Origin: Fibrobacter sp.
Lineage (GTDB): Bacteria; Fibrobacterota; Chitinivibrionia; Chitinivibrionales; Chitinispirillaceae
Reading direction: 5' to 3'
Assembly: GCA_012519985.1 (NCBI GenBank)
Contig: JAAYPC010000029.1
Coordinates: 18,194 to 82,193 of the forward strand
DNA: 64,000 nt
Each line of letters starts with the position of its first letter. The stretch's first letter is position 1. Under the pieces are notes generated by a model. It saw only the letters and a program-made list of their open reading frames with translations, was not told the DNA's origin and ran no database searches. Shown here in pieces: positions 10,239 to 18,703 of this stretch. The position numbers and the translations under genes were made by a program.

Positions 10239-10339
10239 TTACAAAAATGAATAGTCCGGTATCTGAGGGCTATTGTCCCCTTTTTGCATTGGAGCTTAAA
10301 GGGAAATTATCCACTCTGAATGGCAACTATTCAATCATT

Positions 10340-10378
10340 AAACCGGATGGCAGTAATGCCATATCCGGTTTAATTAAA
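10340..10378 (+). terminator. hairpin terminator candidate after the SGNH gene
   Basis: The hairpin is AAACCGGATGGCA-gtaa-TGCC(at)ATCCGGTTT, followed by AATTAAA. The stem is strong but the T-tail is weak. Confidence 0.45.
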
Positions 10379-10490
10379 CTTAAACCTGAATCGGACGATT
10401 CCTTGAAGTGATCTGCTTTGCCGCCCTGGAAATATTTATATGCAGGTTATAAAAAGCATGCTGATAAATGTATAAAATAATGAGGTAACA

Positions 10491-12293
10491 ATGAGTAAAT
10501 TTTGCCAAGTTTTATTTTTCTCTGCCTTACTCTTCATAAAATGTTCTAATGAGAATAACGGCAACCCAATCGTCCCTCCACCTGAGGTGTTGATAAAAGA
10601 TGGAACAATTTCGAGTGAAGAGGAATGGTCGGAGACAGACAAAATTTACCGGATCGCAGGTGATTGTTCAATTGAATCAAAGGTAACCTGGGGGGAAGGA
10701 ATTGAGGTCATCATTGATCCCGGCACAGTCTTAAACGTTGGTAATAATGGCATTCTGACCATCGAAAAAGGTGTTACGGTAAAATCGGGTGATGAATCCT
10801 ATATCGAGGTGGGTATCAACTCGCAGGGAACACTTAAAGCAAGCGGATCGGCTGAATCCCCGATAGTATTTAAAGCTGATACGGGTGTGCAGGTGTGGGG
10901 TTCCTCTCAGGGCGGAGGGATTATTTTAGGTGATTCCGCAAAAAATATCCTTTTAAACTATTGTACTGTCTCAGAGGCAACAGCAGGCATAATTGTCAAA
11001 GCAGGATCTCCGGTTATTACTAATTGCAAGGTGATCTCCTGCAAAGGTAATGGCATTTACTTTGATAGTACAGCCGGGCCTGATGATTCCTTAACATTCA
11101 CTAACAACACAATTTCCGACTGTGGCGGGTATCCTCTGACTTTACCTGCAGATAAACTGGGAAATCTCTCTGGGAAGATTACTTTCTCAGGATTTAATAA
11201 AGAGAATAACGGAATCCATATACTGGGCGTACTTGTTAAAAATGAAGCTGCAGTCTGGAAAAAAATGGATCTGCCTTACATTTTCAGCCGAATGACAATA
11301 ATCGGCTCTTTTTCGTCAGGAGCAAGCAGTGTAACCATAATGCCCGGTGTTGTATGTAAATTCGAAAAAAATGCAGGTATCAGAATCGGTGATCCAGCTT
11401 TTGGCGTAGGAGTACTGATTGCCAAAGGTACTCCTGAAGACTCTATATTTTTCATCAACAGTTCCCCTGATGTTATATGGGGAGACAGTAGCGCAGGTAT
11501 ATGGTTAGGTCCTGAATCACCAGCAAGCACTTTATTTGAATACTGTTCAATACGAAACGCTACAACAGGAATTTGTGCATTAGGAACACGAGTTAACATT
11601 TCGAATTGCCGGGTCACCGGCTGCACTTCCAATGGGATAACCTTTTATTTTGCAAGCCCCGTTGATTCTATGTCATTCAGGGATAATTTTTTTGTTAAAA
11701 ATGCCGGTTATGGAATCAGCATTTCTGCTAACCAGCTTTCTAATCTTTCCGGTACCGGAAGTGTAGCTGACAATGGTAAAGGTGGCGTATATGTAAGTGG
11801 TGAAACCATTTGGCAGAGCGGAACATGGAAAAAACATGATGCACCATACGTTGTGGATGGGATACTTGACATCAGTGGCCTTAATGGTGTTGAAATAAAC
11901 ATTCATCCAGGTACAGAGTTTCATTTTTTACCTGGCGCTTATATTGAGGTGGGAAAAGAAAACCCCGGAACTTTAATTGCCAGAGGCTCAGATAAGTCAC
12001 CTATAATATTTGACTCCTATGATCAGGATGAGTACTGGGGTGCTGATGAAAACGGGATTACTGGCGGTATAAGAATCGGAAAAAATGCAGATGTGAAAAC
12101 AGAACTGAAATATTGCAAGGTTAACAATGCCACCAGTGGTGTTTACGTGAATACGAATGTCAAAATTAGAAACTGCACGTTTACCAACAACCAGAATTAC
12201 GGTATAGTTATTGATAAAAATGCCGACCAATCTTTAATAAAAGACAATTCATTTTCCGGAAATGGAAAAGATTCGACATTTATTGTACCATGA
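10491..12293 (+). CDS. lipoprotein with right-handed parallel beta-helix repeats
   Basis: The signal and lipobox are LLFIKCS. It carries many repeats of the type N-C-x-V/I-x-x-C/N-x-x-x-G-I (NCKVISCKGNGIYF, NCRVTGCTSNGITF, NCTFTNNQNYGIVI). Confidence 0.6.
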   Translation: MSKFCQVLFFSALLFIKCSNENNGNPIVPPPEVLIKDGTISSEEEWSETDKIYRIAGDCSIESKVTWGEGIEVIIDPGTVLNVGNNGILTIEKGVTVKSGDESYIEVGINSQGTLKASGSAESPIVFKADTGVQVWGSSQGGGIILGDSAKNILLNYCTVSEATAGIIVKAGSPVITNCKVISCKGNGIYFDSTAGPDDSLTFTNNTISDCGGYPLTLPADKLGNLSGKITFSGFNKENNGIHILGVLVKNEAAVWKKMDLPYIFSRMTIIGSFSSGASSVTIMPGVVCKFEKNAGIRIGDPAFGVGVLIAKGTPEDSIFFINSSPDVIWGDSSAGIWLGPESPASTLFEYCSIRNATTGICALGTRVNISNCRVTGCTSNGITFYFASPVDSMSFRDNFFVKNAGYGISISANQLSNLSGTGSVADNGKGGVYVSGETIWQSGTWKKHDAPYVVDGILDISGLNGVEINIHPGTEFHFLPGAYIEVGKENPGTLIARGSDKSPIIFDSYDQDEYWGADENGITGGIRIGKNADVKTELKYCKVNNATSGVYVNTNVKIRNCTFTNNQNYGIVIDKNADQSLIKDNSFSGNGKDSTFIVP

Positions 12294-12633
12294 TAATCAG
12301 AGTAGATATATTTGTTCATGATAGAAAAAACTGATAAGAAATTTGATATCTTATACAAACAAGAATAATATACTGTTATAAGCTCTCCGGGAGCGGGCAA
12401 TTTGAATATGCTGTCATCTGCCCTGCAGTTCAATGTTGCCTTAATCCGGCGAAAGCACTCCGAATTATCGATGCTAATCCGGAGTGTTTTCAGCCCCGCA
12501 TATTTCCGGCAATATTCTCATTGATCTTATAAAACGCTGGAAAATGTATCGTTACATCTGCAGTTCTTATGGCCGCCCAGGAAAGCCATCTGTTTCCAGT
12601 ATTTAGCGGTTTGTCGCCAGTATTGATAGTCTC

Positions 12634-12720
12634 CTACAAGATTGGCCCATTAAGCTCATAAATTATCCAACGGCACGCAGGCTCAGCCAGATTAAAATAA
12701 AAAGGTCATTTGGTGAAATC
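12634..12720 (-). pseudogene. decayed duplicate of the lspA 3' end
   Basis: The nucleotide sequence parallels lspA 12905-12990. GCCAGATTAAAATAAAAAGG is identical in both copies, and AGCTCATAAAT is shared. The minus-strand translation is ...DFTK*PFYFNLAEPACRWIIYELNGPIL*, against intact ...ILNWPFYFNLADAYVTIGMVLVVIYELIG. The relic has TGG changed to TGA and an internal 15-nt deletion. Confidence 0.5.
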
Positions 12721-12830
12721 ATTTTCAGTTTTATTCAGCAACGCCTACAGTAGATTTAACACTTAAAAGGAAATCCAGAATCCTCCAACCGGCTATTGTA
12801 CCATACATCTTTTTATAGTTATAACCTTCT

Positions 12831-13388
12831 TTATTTTCTGGTATCACCGCCTGTTTCCCGTACTAAACGGCTTGACGTCAGTACTGATGGCCTGTTGCTG
12901 ATTATCCCAATCAGCTCATAAATCACCACCAATACCATCCCAATGGTCACATAGGCATCTGCCAGATTAAAATAAAAAGGCCAGTTTAGGATCGTACCAG
13001 CATGAATGTGTATAAAATCCACTACATAACCTTTAAACAAGGAATCGACCAGATTTCCTACAGCTCCTGTCCAGAAAAGAAGAAATGGAAGAAGAATAAG
13101 AAAAGACTGTTTACGTTTGATCCAGATAAACAATGTCAACCCTAAAAGTATAAGCATCCGGATAGCAGCCATTATTCCAGATGAAAACTCAGACATTTTT
13201 CCGTTAAACATACCGAATACCATTCCCCGGTTTTCAACAAATCCCAAATCCAGAAAATGCTTTGATAAAGTTATCGCAGGTTTATTCCGGAGATTTTTTT
13301 CTGCCCATTCTTTTGAGTAAAAGTCAGCTAAAAATCCACCCAGTGTTAGTAACAGAATAAGAAGAGGTTTCAAGATTGTTTTTGTCAT
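12831..13388 (-). CDS. lspA: lipoprotein signal peptidase (signal peptidase II)
   Basis: MTKTILKPLLILLL...FVENRGMVFGMF...AVGNLVDSL..GYVVDFI... contains the typical LspA blocks. I place the start at ATG 13388. The longer track ORF (to 13787) merely reads through the tandem repeat. Confidence 0.85.
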   Translation of the reverse strand: MTKTILKPLLILLLTLGGFLADFYSKEWAEKNLRNKPAITLSKHFLDLGFVENRGMVFGMFNGKMSEFSSGIMAAIRMLILLGLTLFIWIKRKQSFLILLPFLLFWTGAVGNLVDSLFKGYVVDFIHIHAGTILNWPFYFNLADAYVTIGMVLVVIYELIGIISNRPSVLTSSRLVRETGGDTRK

Positions 13389-13455
13389 TATTAAGATTCT
13401 CCCAAGAATAAGAAGGTAAAAATATAACGTTATAGAATCAAGTACCATCTTAATT

Positions 13456-13812
13456 TTTGAAATTACTGAAGCATGGTTCGAAATTACAGACATGTGATTC
13501 GAAATTACAGATGCATGCTTCGAAATTACATACATGTGCTTCAAAATTACAGACACGTGCTTCAAAATTACAGACACGTGCTTCAAAATTAAAGACACAT
13601 TCTTCAAAATTACAGACACATGCTTCGAAATTACAGACACATGCTTCGAAATTACAGACGCATGCTTCAAAATTACAGACGCATGCTTCAAAATTACAGA
13701 CGCATGCTTCAAAATTACGGACGCATGCTCCAAAATTACAGACACATAGTTCGAAATTACAGACGCATGCTTCAAAATTACAGACACATAGTCCAGAATT
13801 AAAAGAGTGCTG
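13456..13812. repeat. 21-bp tandem repeat, about 16 copies (consensus TTCRAAATTACAGACRCATGC)
   Basis: I counted units directly: starts fall at 13477, 13498, 13519 ... 13771 in exact 21-nt register, with degenerate units at both ends. Confidence 0.95.
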
Positions 13813-13891
13813 AAATATTTGTGTAAACCTCAGGATTAGGTGGTGTGTATGGATTATTTTAACCACTTAACATCAATGAAGGTTTACTGTT

Positions 13892-14017
13892 ATGGCCAGA
13901 AAGAGATATGGCAACCCAGTACTTAGAGAGCTTATTAATGAGCGTGAAATCAAGGACTTACAAGATATCCATGATTTAGTAAAAGAGTTGATTGGCTCTT
14001 TTATTCAGGCGAGGTAG
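13892..14017 (+). pseudogene. possible 5' stub of an IS256-family transposase gene
   Basis: The 41-codon ORF MARKRYGNPVLRELINEREIKDLQDIHDLVKELIGSFIQAR* resembles the N-terminal 40 residues of IS256/mutator-type transposases as I recall them (MARK..NP..EL......D...L.K.L). No downstream transposase body or inverted repeats are seen. Confidence 0.3.
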
Positions 14018-14123
14018 TGTGCTCTCACCATACACGATTTTTTATGTATTCCGTTTTTTGCACTATTAATTTTAGCTTCTGCAATAACCATCATACTCCA
14101 CTTTTTTGTTTGGACTATATACT

Positions 14124-14549
14124 ATGAATGATTGTACCTTCTGCCAGATCATTAAAGAACAGATCTCTGCATTTACAGTGTTTGAAAATAGCGACTCAAT
14201 AGCATTTCTGGATAAAAGGCCGCTTTTCCCAGGACATGTTCTCCTGATACCCAAGACTCATATCAGCATACTTGCAGAGATGCCAGATGAAAAAATCGGC
14301 CCCTTTTTCAGAACGGTTCGCAATCTGAGTGTCGCCGTAGAAAAAGCAATGAATGCTCAAGGCTCCTTTGTAGCAATCAATAACCGGGTAAGTCAAAGTG
14401 TTCCTCACCTGCATGTACATATCGTCCCACGAAACAGAGGTGATGGTTTGAGGGGTTTTTTCTGGCCACGAAAAAAATACAAGGATAAAGCAGAGATGAT
14501 TGAGGTAGCTGATAGAATCAAAAAGGCAATCAATTCCAATGAAGCCTGA
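14124..14549 (+). CDS. HIT (histidine triad) family protein
   Basis: It has CTFCQI, PGHVLLIPK and the HIT motif PHLHVHIVPR. ATG 14124 is preferred over the TTG at 14106 used by the track. Confidence 0.85.
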   Translation: MNDCTFCQIIKEQISAFTVFENSDSIAFLDKRPLFPGHVLLIPKTHISILAEMPDEKIGPFFRTVRNLSVAVEKAMNAQGSFVAINNRVSQSVPHLHVHIVPRNRGDGLRGFFWPRKKYKDKAEMIEVADRIKKAINSNEA

Positions 14550-14572
14550 AGGGCTTCCCTATATAATGTGGA

Positions 14573-14600
14573 GGCTCACGAATGGTTGGATTCGTAAGCC
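14573..14600. terminator. hairpin between convergent HIT and ugd genes
   Basis: The hairpin is GGCTCACGAAT-ggttgg-ATTCGTAAGCC, a 10-bp stem with one mismatch. It lies between the stops at 14549 and 14628. Confidence 0.4.
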
Positions 14601-14627
14601 CCCACGAATATGATCCTGAAACAGTTT

Positions 14628-16019
14628 TCAGAAATGTTTATAGGAGGTAGTGCCAAGAGGAAAAACATTAAACCCAATATTATAGAGCTCCTGATGATTC
14701 AAAATGTTTCTTCCATCAAAAATAAAGGCAGGTTTCTCCATTTCCTCGAAAATGCGACGATAATCCAGAGTGCGATACAGATCCCATTCGGTTACAATCG
14801 CCAGCGCATGTGCCCCTCTGGCTGCAACGTAAGGATCCTCAGTAAATTCTATTTTTGAAGCATGCTGGCAAAGGTCCCGTTTTGCATTGTCCAGTGCTTG
14901 GGGATCTGTGATAACCACATCAGCTCTCTCTTCGATCAATTGAAGAGCAAGATCGATTGCAGGTGATTCACGTGTATCCCCTGTATCCTTTTTAAATGCA
15001 AAGCCGAAAAGAGCAATCCGTTTTCCAGCTATAGTATTAAACATAACCCGAAGCATGGTCTGACCAAAACGTCTTTTCTGATATTCATTCATCAGAACCA
15101 CACTCTCCCAGTATCTGGCCACATCGTACAGTCCGTAGCTTTCGCAAATATAAACCAGGTTAAGAATATCTTTTTTAAAACAGGAACCGCCAAATCCGAC
15201 ACTGGCATTAAGAAACTTCGGGCCGATTCTGCTGTCTTTACCAATCGCACGGGACACTTCAGAGATGTTTGCCTCTGTACGCTCACACAGAGCTGAGATG
15301 CTGTTGATAGATGAAATGCGCTGTGCAAGAAAAGCATTAGCCACCAGTTTTGACAGTTCTGCACTCCAGACATTTGTGGTTAAAATCCGTTCACGTGGAA
15401 CCCAGTTGGCATAAATAGAGACGATCTCTTCGCAGGCTTTCAACCCGGCTTCGGTTAACTGCGAACCTATAAGGACCCTGTCTGGATTTTGTAAATCTGC
15501 TATAGCAGTTCCCTCTGCCAGAAATTCAGGATTAGATATTACTTCAAAATGAATTCCCTTATCATTTGCATTCAGTATCCTCTCCATTGCACGGGCGGTT
15601 CGCACCGGGAGCGTACTTTTCTCCACGATAATTTTATCGGATTCGGAGGATCTTATTATCTCCCGTGCAGTTTTTTCCCAATACTGCAGATCAGCAGCTT
15701 TCCCAGCCCCCTCACCGAAAGTTTTAGTTGGAGTATTTACAGAAACAAAAATTATATCTGCATCTCTGATTGCTCCTGATACATCGGTAGAAAAGAAAAG
15801 ATTGCGATCTCTGGCCTCTTTCACCACCTCGTAAAGCCCAGGTTCATAGATAGGAAGATTTTCAGAATTCCAGGCTTCGATACGTGAAGCATTGATATCC
15901 ACCACAGTAACCTTATATTGAGGACATTTCATGGCAATCATCGCCATAGTCGGTCCTCCGACATATCCGGCACCTATACATATAATATTCTTTTCAAATC
16001 TTGAATCCAGACCCATCAA
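14628..16019 (-). CDS. ugd: UDP-glucose 6-dehydrogenase (eukaryote-type long form)
   Basis: The 463-aa protein has IGAGYVGGPT at the N-terminus, LPIYEPGL, the catalytic GFGGSCFKKD block, and the UDPG_MGDP_dh C-terminal part. Confidence 0.9.
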   Translation of the reverse strand: MMGLDSRFEKNIICIGAGYVGGPTMAMIAMKCPQYKVTVVDINASRIEAWNSENLPIYEPGLYEVVKEARDRNLFFSTDVSGAIRDADIIFVSVNTPTKTFGEGAGKAADLQYWEKTAREIIRSSESDKIIVEKSTLPVRTARAMERILNANDKGIHFEVISNPEFLAEGTAIADLQNPDRVLIGSQLTEAGLKACEEIVSIYANWVPRERILTTNVWSAELSKLVANAFLAQRISSINSISALCERTEANISEVSRAIGKDSRIGPKFLNASVGFGGSCFKKDILNLVYICESYGLYDVARYWESVVLMNEYQKRRFGQTMLRVMFNTIAGKRIALFGFAFKKDTGDTRESPAIDLALQLIEERADVVITDPQALDNAKRDLCQHASKIEFTEDPYVAARGAHALAIVTEWDLYRTLDYRRIFEEMEKPAFIFDGRNILNHQELYNIGFNVFPLGTTSYKHF

Positions 16020-16095
16020 ACAACTCCTTCTTCGGCTGATATTTTGCTGCAGATAACCTCAGTAAATAACATTCTGCACTAAAAAAAAACTAATA

Positions 16096-17145
16096 CTATA
16101 ATCCTTTCCACACATTATCGGCCAGCTTGCATCTGATTTCATTTATTGTATCTCTGTTGCTGCGACGTCGGGGGTATGTGTGATTGGAAAGAAGCACTAT
16201 CCCGGCTTTTTTCAAAGGATCAATCACTACTGAACACCCTGTAAACCCGGTTTTACCAAATGCAGATTCGCTGCAAAACTTACCCATAAAACTTTTATGG
16301 TTCAACTCCCATCCCAATCCGGTCCACAGATCCTTCCCGGAGAGCTGATTGGTACACATCTGATTTATCGTTTCAGGATTGAAGAAACGTTTTCCTGCAT
16401 AAGTACCCTCTTCTATAAGCATCTGAATAAAAATCAACAAATCCGGAACAGTGGAGAATAACCCCGCAGAACCAACCGCTTTGGGTCGGAGAGCCCAGGC
16501 ACTTTCATCGTGAACCTCACCCTGAATCAGCTTTCCCCGCCATGAATCGATCTCAGTGGGAGCAATGATATTACTATCAAATTTTGAGACATTAAAAGAT
16601 GTCCTTTTCATAGCAAGCGGTTCAAAAAAATACTCTGCTGCCGCCTGATCCAGTGACTTGCCAATGCAACGCTCAAGCATCAATCCCAGAAGAATACTGG
16701 TTGCGTTTGCATAAGAGAAACAGGCCCCAGGCGGATAACCAAAATCAGCAGTCAGGATCTTCTGCATTATTCCGTCACTCTGCATATCTTTACAATCAGA
16801 GAGCCGGAATTTGAAAGACAGAGTCTGAGTCAGAAGATGCTGAACCAGAATTTTTTCGCGATAAGAACCGTTAAATTGTGGAAGATACCTGACAAGCTGA
16901 TCACTGGCACTAATAAAGCGGTCATTTAAAAGCTTGAGAGCCAACGATGATACCGGGATCGCCTTGGTTATGGAAGCCACATCATAAATAGTTTCTTCTG
17001 TCACAGGAGGTGAATCGCTATCGTAAGTAAGACGCCCCAACGCTATCACATGCGATCGGTTACGGAAATAAACACCAGCTACACATCCTGGAAAAACATA
17101 CGCATCAATTGCTGCCTGGAGATCTTTTCTTATCTGATCAATCAT
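16096..17145 (-). CDS. serine hydrolase, beta-lactamase/transpeptidase-like family
   Basis: It has the SITK (SxxK) motif, a YANAT motif (YxN-like) and a KTGFTG motif (KTG). Its ATG overlaps the stop of the MATE gene (17142-17145). Confidence 0.75.
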   Translation of the reverse strand: MIDQIRKDLQAAIDAYVFPGCVAGVYFRNRSHVIALGRLTYDSDSPPVTEETIYDVASITKAIPVSSLALKLLNDRFISASDQLVRYLPQFNGSYREKILVQHLLTQTLSFKFRLSDCKDMQSDGIMQKILTADFGYPPGACFSYANATSILLGLMLERCIGKSLDQAAAEYFFEPLAMKRTSFNVSKFDSNIIAPTEIDSWRGKLIQGEVHDESAWALRPKAVGSAGLFSTVPDLLIFIQMLIEEGTYAGKRFFNPETINQMCTNQLSGKDLWTGLGWELNHKSFMGKFCSESAFGKTGFTGCSVVIDPLKKAGIVLLSNHTYPRRRSNRDTINEIRCKLADNVWKGL

Positions 17146-18515
17146 AGATGCCCCTTAGATGCCACCTCTATCACCCTTATGGTTTTCCATCTACCCAAAC
17201 GGAAACGTATCAGCCAGGTTATTGCCGCTGTCATAACAAATATGGTGGCAGTTGTCCATTGAAACCAGATACTCACCTTTAAATAATCAGCCACCATCAA
17301 AACCCCAAGAAAACTGCAATTGGATATGATGGAAAAAATCATGGTCCAGCGAGTATCCCCTGCAGATTGCAATGAACTTACAAAAATGATATTACAGGCA
17401 TCCAATAAAGAATAAACTGCAACAAACCTCAGAAGAACCGCGCCCAACGCAGTTATCGACTGATAGTTATCGATAACGCCATTTCCATTAAAAAGATTTA
17501 AAATATTAAAAGGAAAAAGCACAAGTATAATTGCAATTACAATCATCCATATTTCTGCGAGATAAAAACCTGTATAGGTTAACTTTACTGTTCTGTCGAT
17601 ATTACCAGCACCTTGTGCCTGCCCTACCAACACCCCAACCGCCTGCCCTAAACCGATTATTGGAAAAAATGCAAAGCTATTAATCCTAAATACAATGTTT
17701 GAAGCTGCCAGCTCATTATCACCGATTCGTCCGATGAAAAATATAAACAGCGTCCATGCCAGCATCTCAAAAGCAAATCTCAAACCGTTGGGGATCCCAA
17801 AATGTAACAATCGCCGAAACAATCTTAACTCGAAACCCCTGTCTTCCCAAGGGTGCCCCGAGATTTGCCGAGATCTGATAAACAGTACAAAAAGAATCAG
17901 AGCCACCAATCCCTGAGCTATCACCGTGGCAAATGCTGCTCCATCCATCCCCAGTTCAGGAAAACCCCCATAACCAAAAATCAGACAGTAATCAAGTATG
18001 GAATTTGCTGCCAAACCCGCAAGTTGTACCACCATCAATGTAAAAGTATGTCCTCTCCCGGAAAAAAAACCGGACAAAGCACTTCCACAGATAGTAGAGA
18101 AAGAAAACCAGCAGAGTATAGCGAAATAGCGCTGTTCCAAAGAGCGTATTTGCTCTGAATGTGCTACCCAGCTAAACAGTGGTTCAGCAGCAAAACCGAT
18201 TAAGAATACAATTAAACCGCAAAATACCGAAAAATAGATACCCTGCCAGGTAGCGGCAAAAGCACGCCCAGGCTTTCTGGCCCCCACATAATGAGCCACT
18301 AATGTGGATGTAAACATGGCTGTACCCTGAAAAGGACTGATAATCAGAGTCGCAGCCATACCTGCCGGCACAACCGCTGCTATAGCCTCTTTTGAATACC
18401 AGGCTAAAAAGAGGGCATCCACAAACTGCATCAGCACTAACCCCGTCATCGATAAAATCAAAGGCAGGGCTAATTTTAATATTTCAAGCCATAAAGGTTT
18501 CTGTTTCTGAATCAT
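17142..18515 (-). CDS. MATE family efflux transporter
   Basis: The 457-aa protein has about 12 hydrophobic helices. The N-terminus LALPLILSMTGLVLMQFVDALFLAW is typical of MATE/NorM. Confidence 0.85.
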   Translation of the reverse strand: MIQKQKPLWLEILKLALPLILSMTGLVLMQFVDALFLAWYSKEAIAAVVPAGMAATLIISPFQGTAMFTSTLVAHYVGARKPGRAFAATWQGIYFSVFCGLIVFLIGFAAEPLFSWVAHSEQIRSLEQRYFAILCWFSFSTICGSALSGFFSGRGHTFTLMVVQLAGLAANSILDYCLIFGYGGFPELGMDGAAFATVIAQGLVALILFVLFIRSRQISGHPWEDRGFELRLFRRLLHFGIPNGLRFAFEMLAWTLFIFFIGRIGDNELAASNIVFRINSFAFFPIIGLGQAVGVLVGQAQGAGNIDRTVKLTYTGFYLAEIWMIVIAIILVLFPFNILNLFNGNGVIDNYQSITALGAVLLRFVAVYSLLDACNIIFVSSLQSAGDTRWTMIFSIISNCSFLGVLMVADYLKVSIWFQWTTATIFVMTAAITWLIRFRLGRWKTIRVIEVASKGHL

Positions 18516-18703
18516 TTAGGGGCTAAATATACTAAATTGAAGGTGAAAACTAAATTTCACCACCTTCGAATACCCTCTTTCTATCCATTTTTATTCATCC
18601 ATTTATCAGGTTTTAAAAAAAGGTACACGATTTGAATACCATCATAGTTTATTTTCTGGTCTGATCTTTTTTAAATTCATCGGTATAAAATAGGAGCAAA
18701 ATC

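Noticed and set aside
10247-10411. 54-codon ATG ORF downstream of the SGNH gene (below the track size cutoff)
   Set aside because: It contains the strong terminator-type hairpin at 10340-10371, has no RBS, and its composition is uninformative.
12831-13787. 318-aa long form of LspA with an N-terminal (HASVILK)n extension
   Set aside because: The extension is a read-through of the repeat. In that frame the common repeat polymorphisms are non-synonymous. A normal-length LspA starts at ATG 13388.
13456-13812. CRISPR array
   Set aside because: The units are contiguous with no spacers, the 21-nt unit is too short, and there are no cas genes in the window.
13450-13866. Track ORFs across the tandem array (13450..13866 -, 13457..13813 +, 13534..13749 +, 13620..13802 +) as ordinary protein genes
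   Set aside because: They exist because a 21-nt unit without stops keeps five frames open. Their starts are GTG or TTG with no RBS, and some lie inside the repeat itself. I keep only the weak possibility of a heptad peptide, as part of the array finding.
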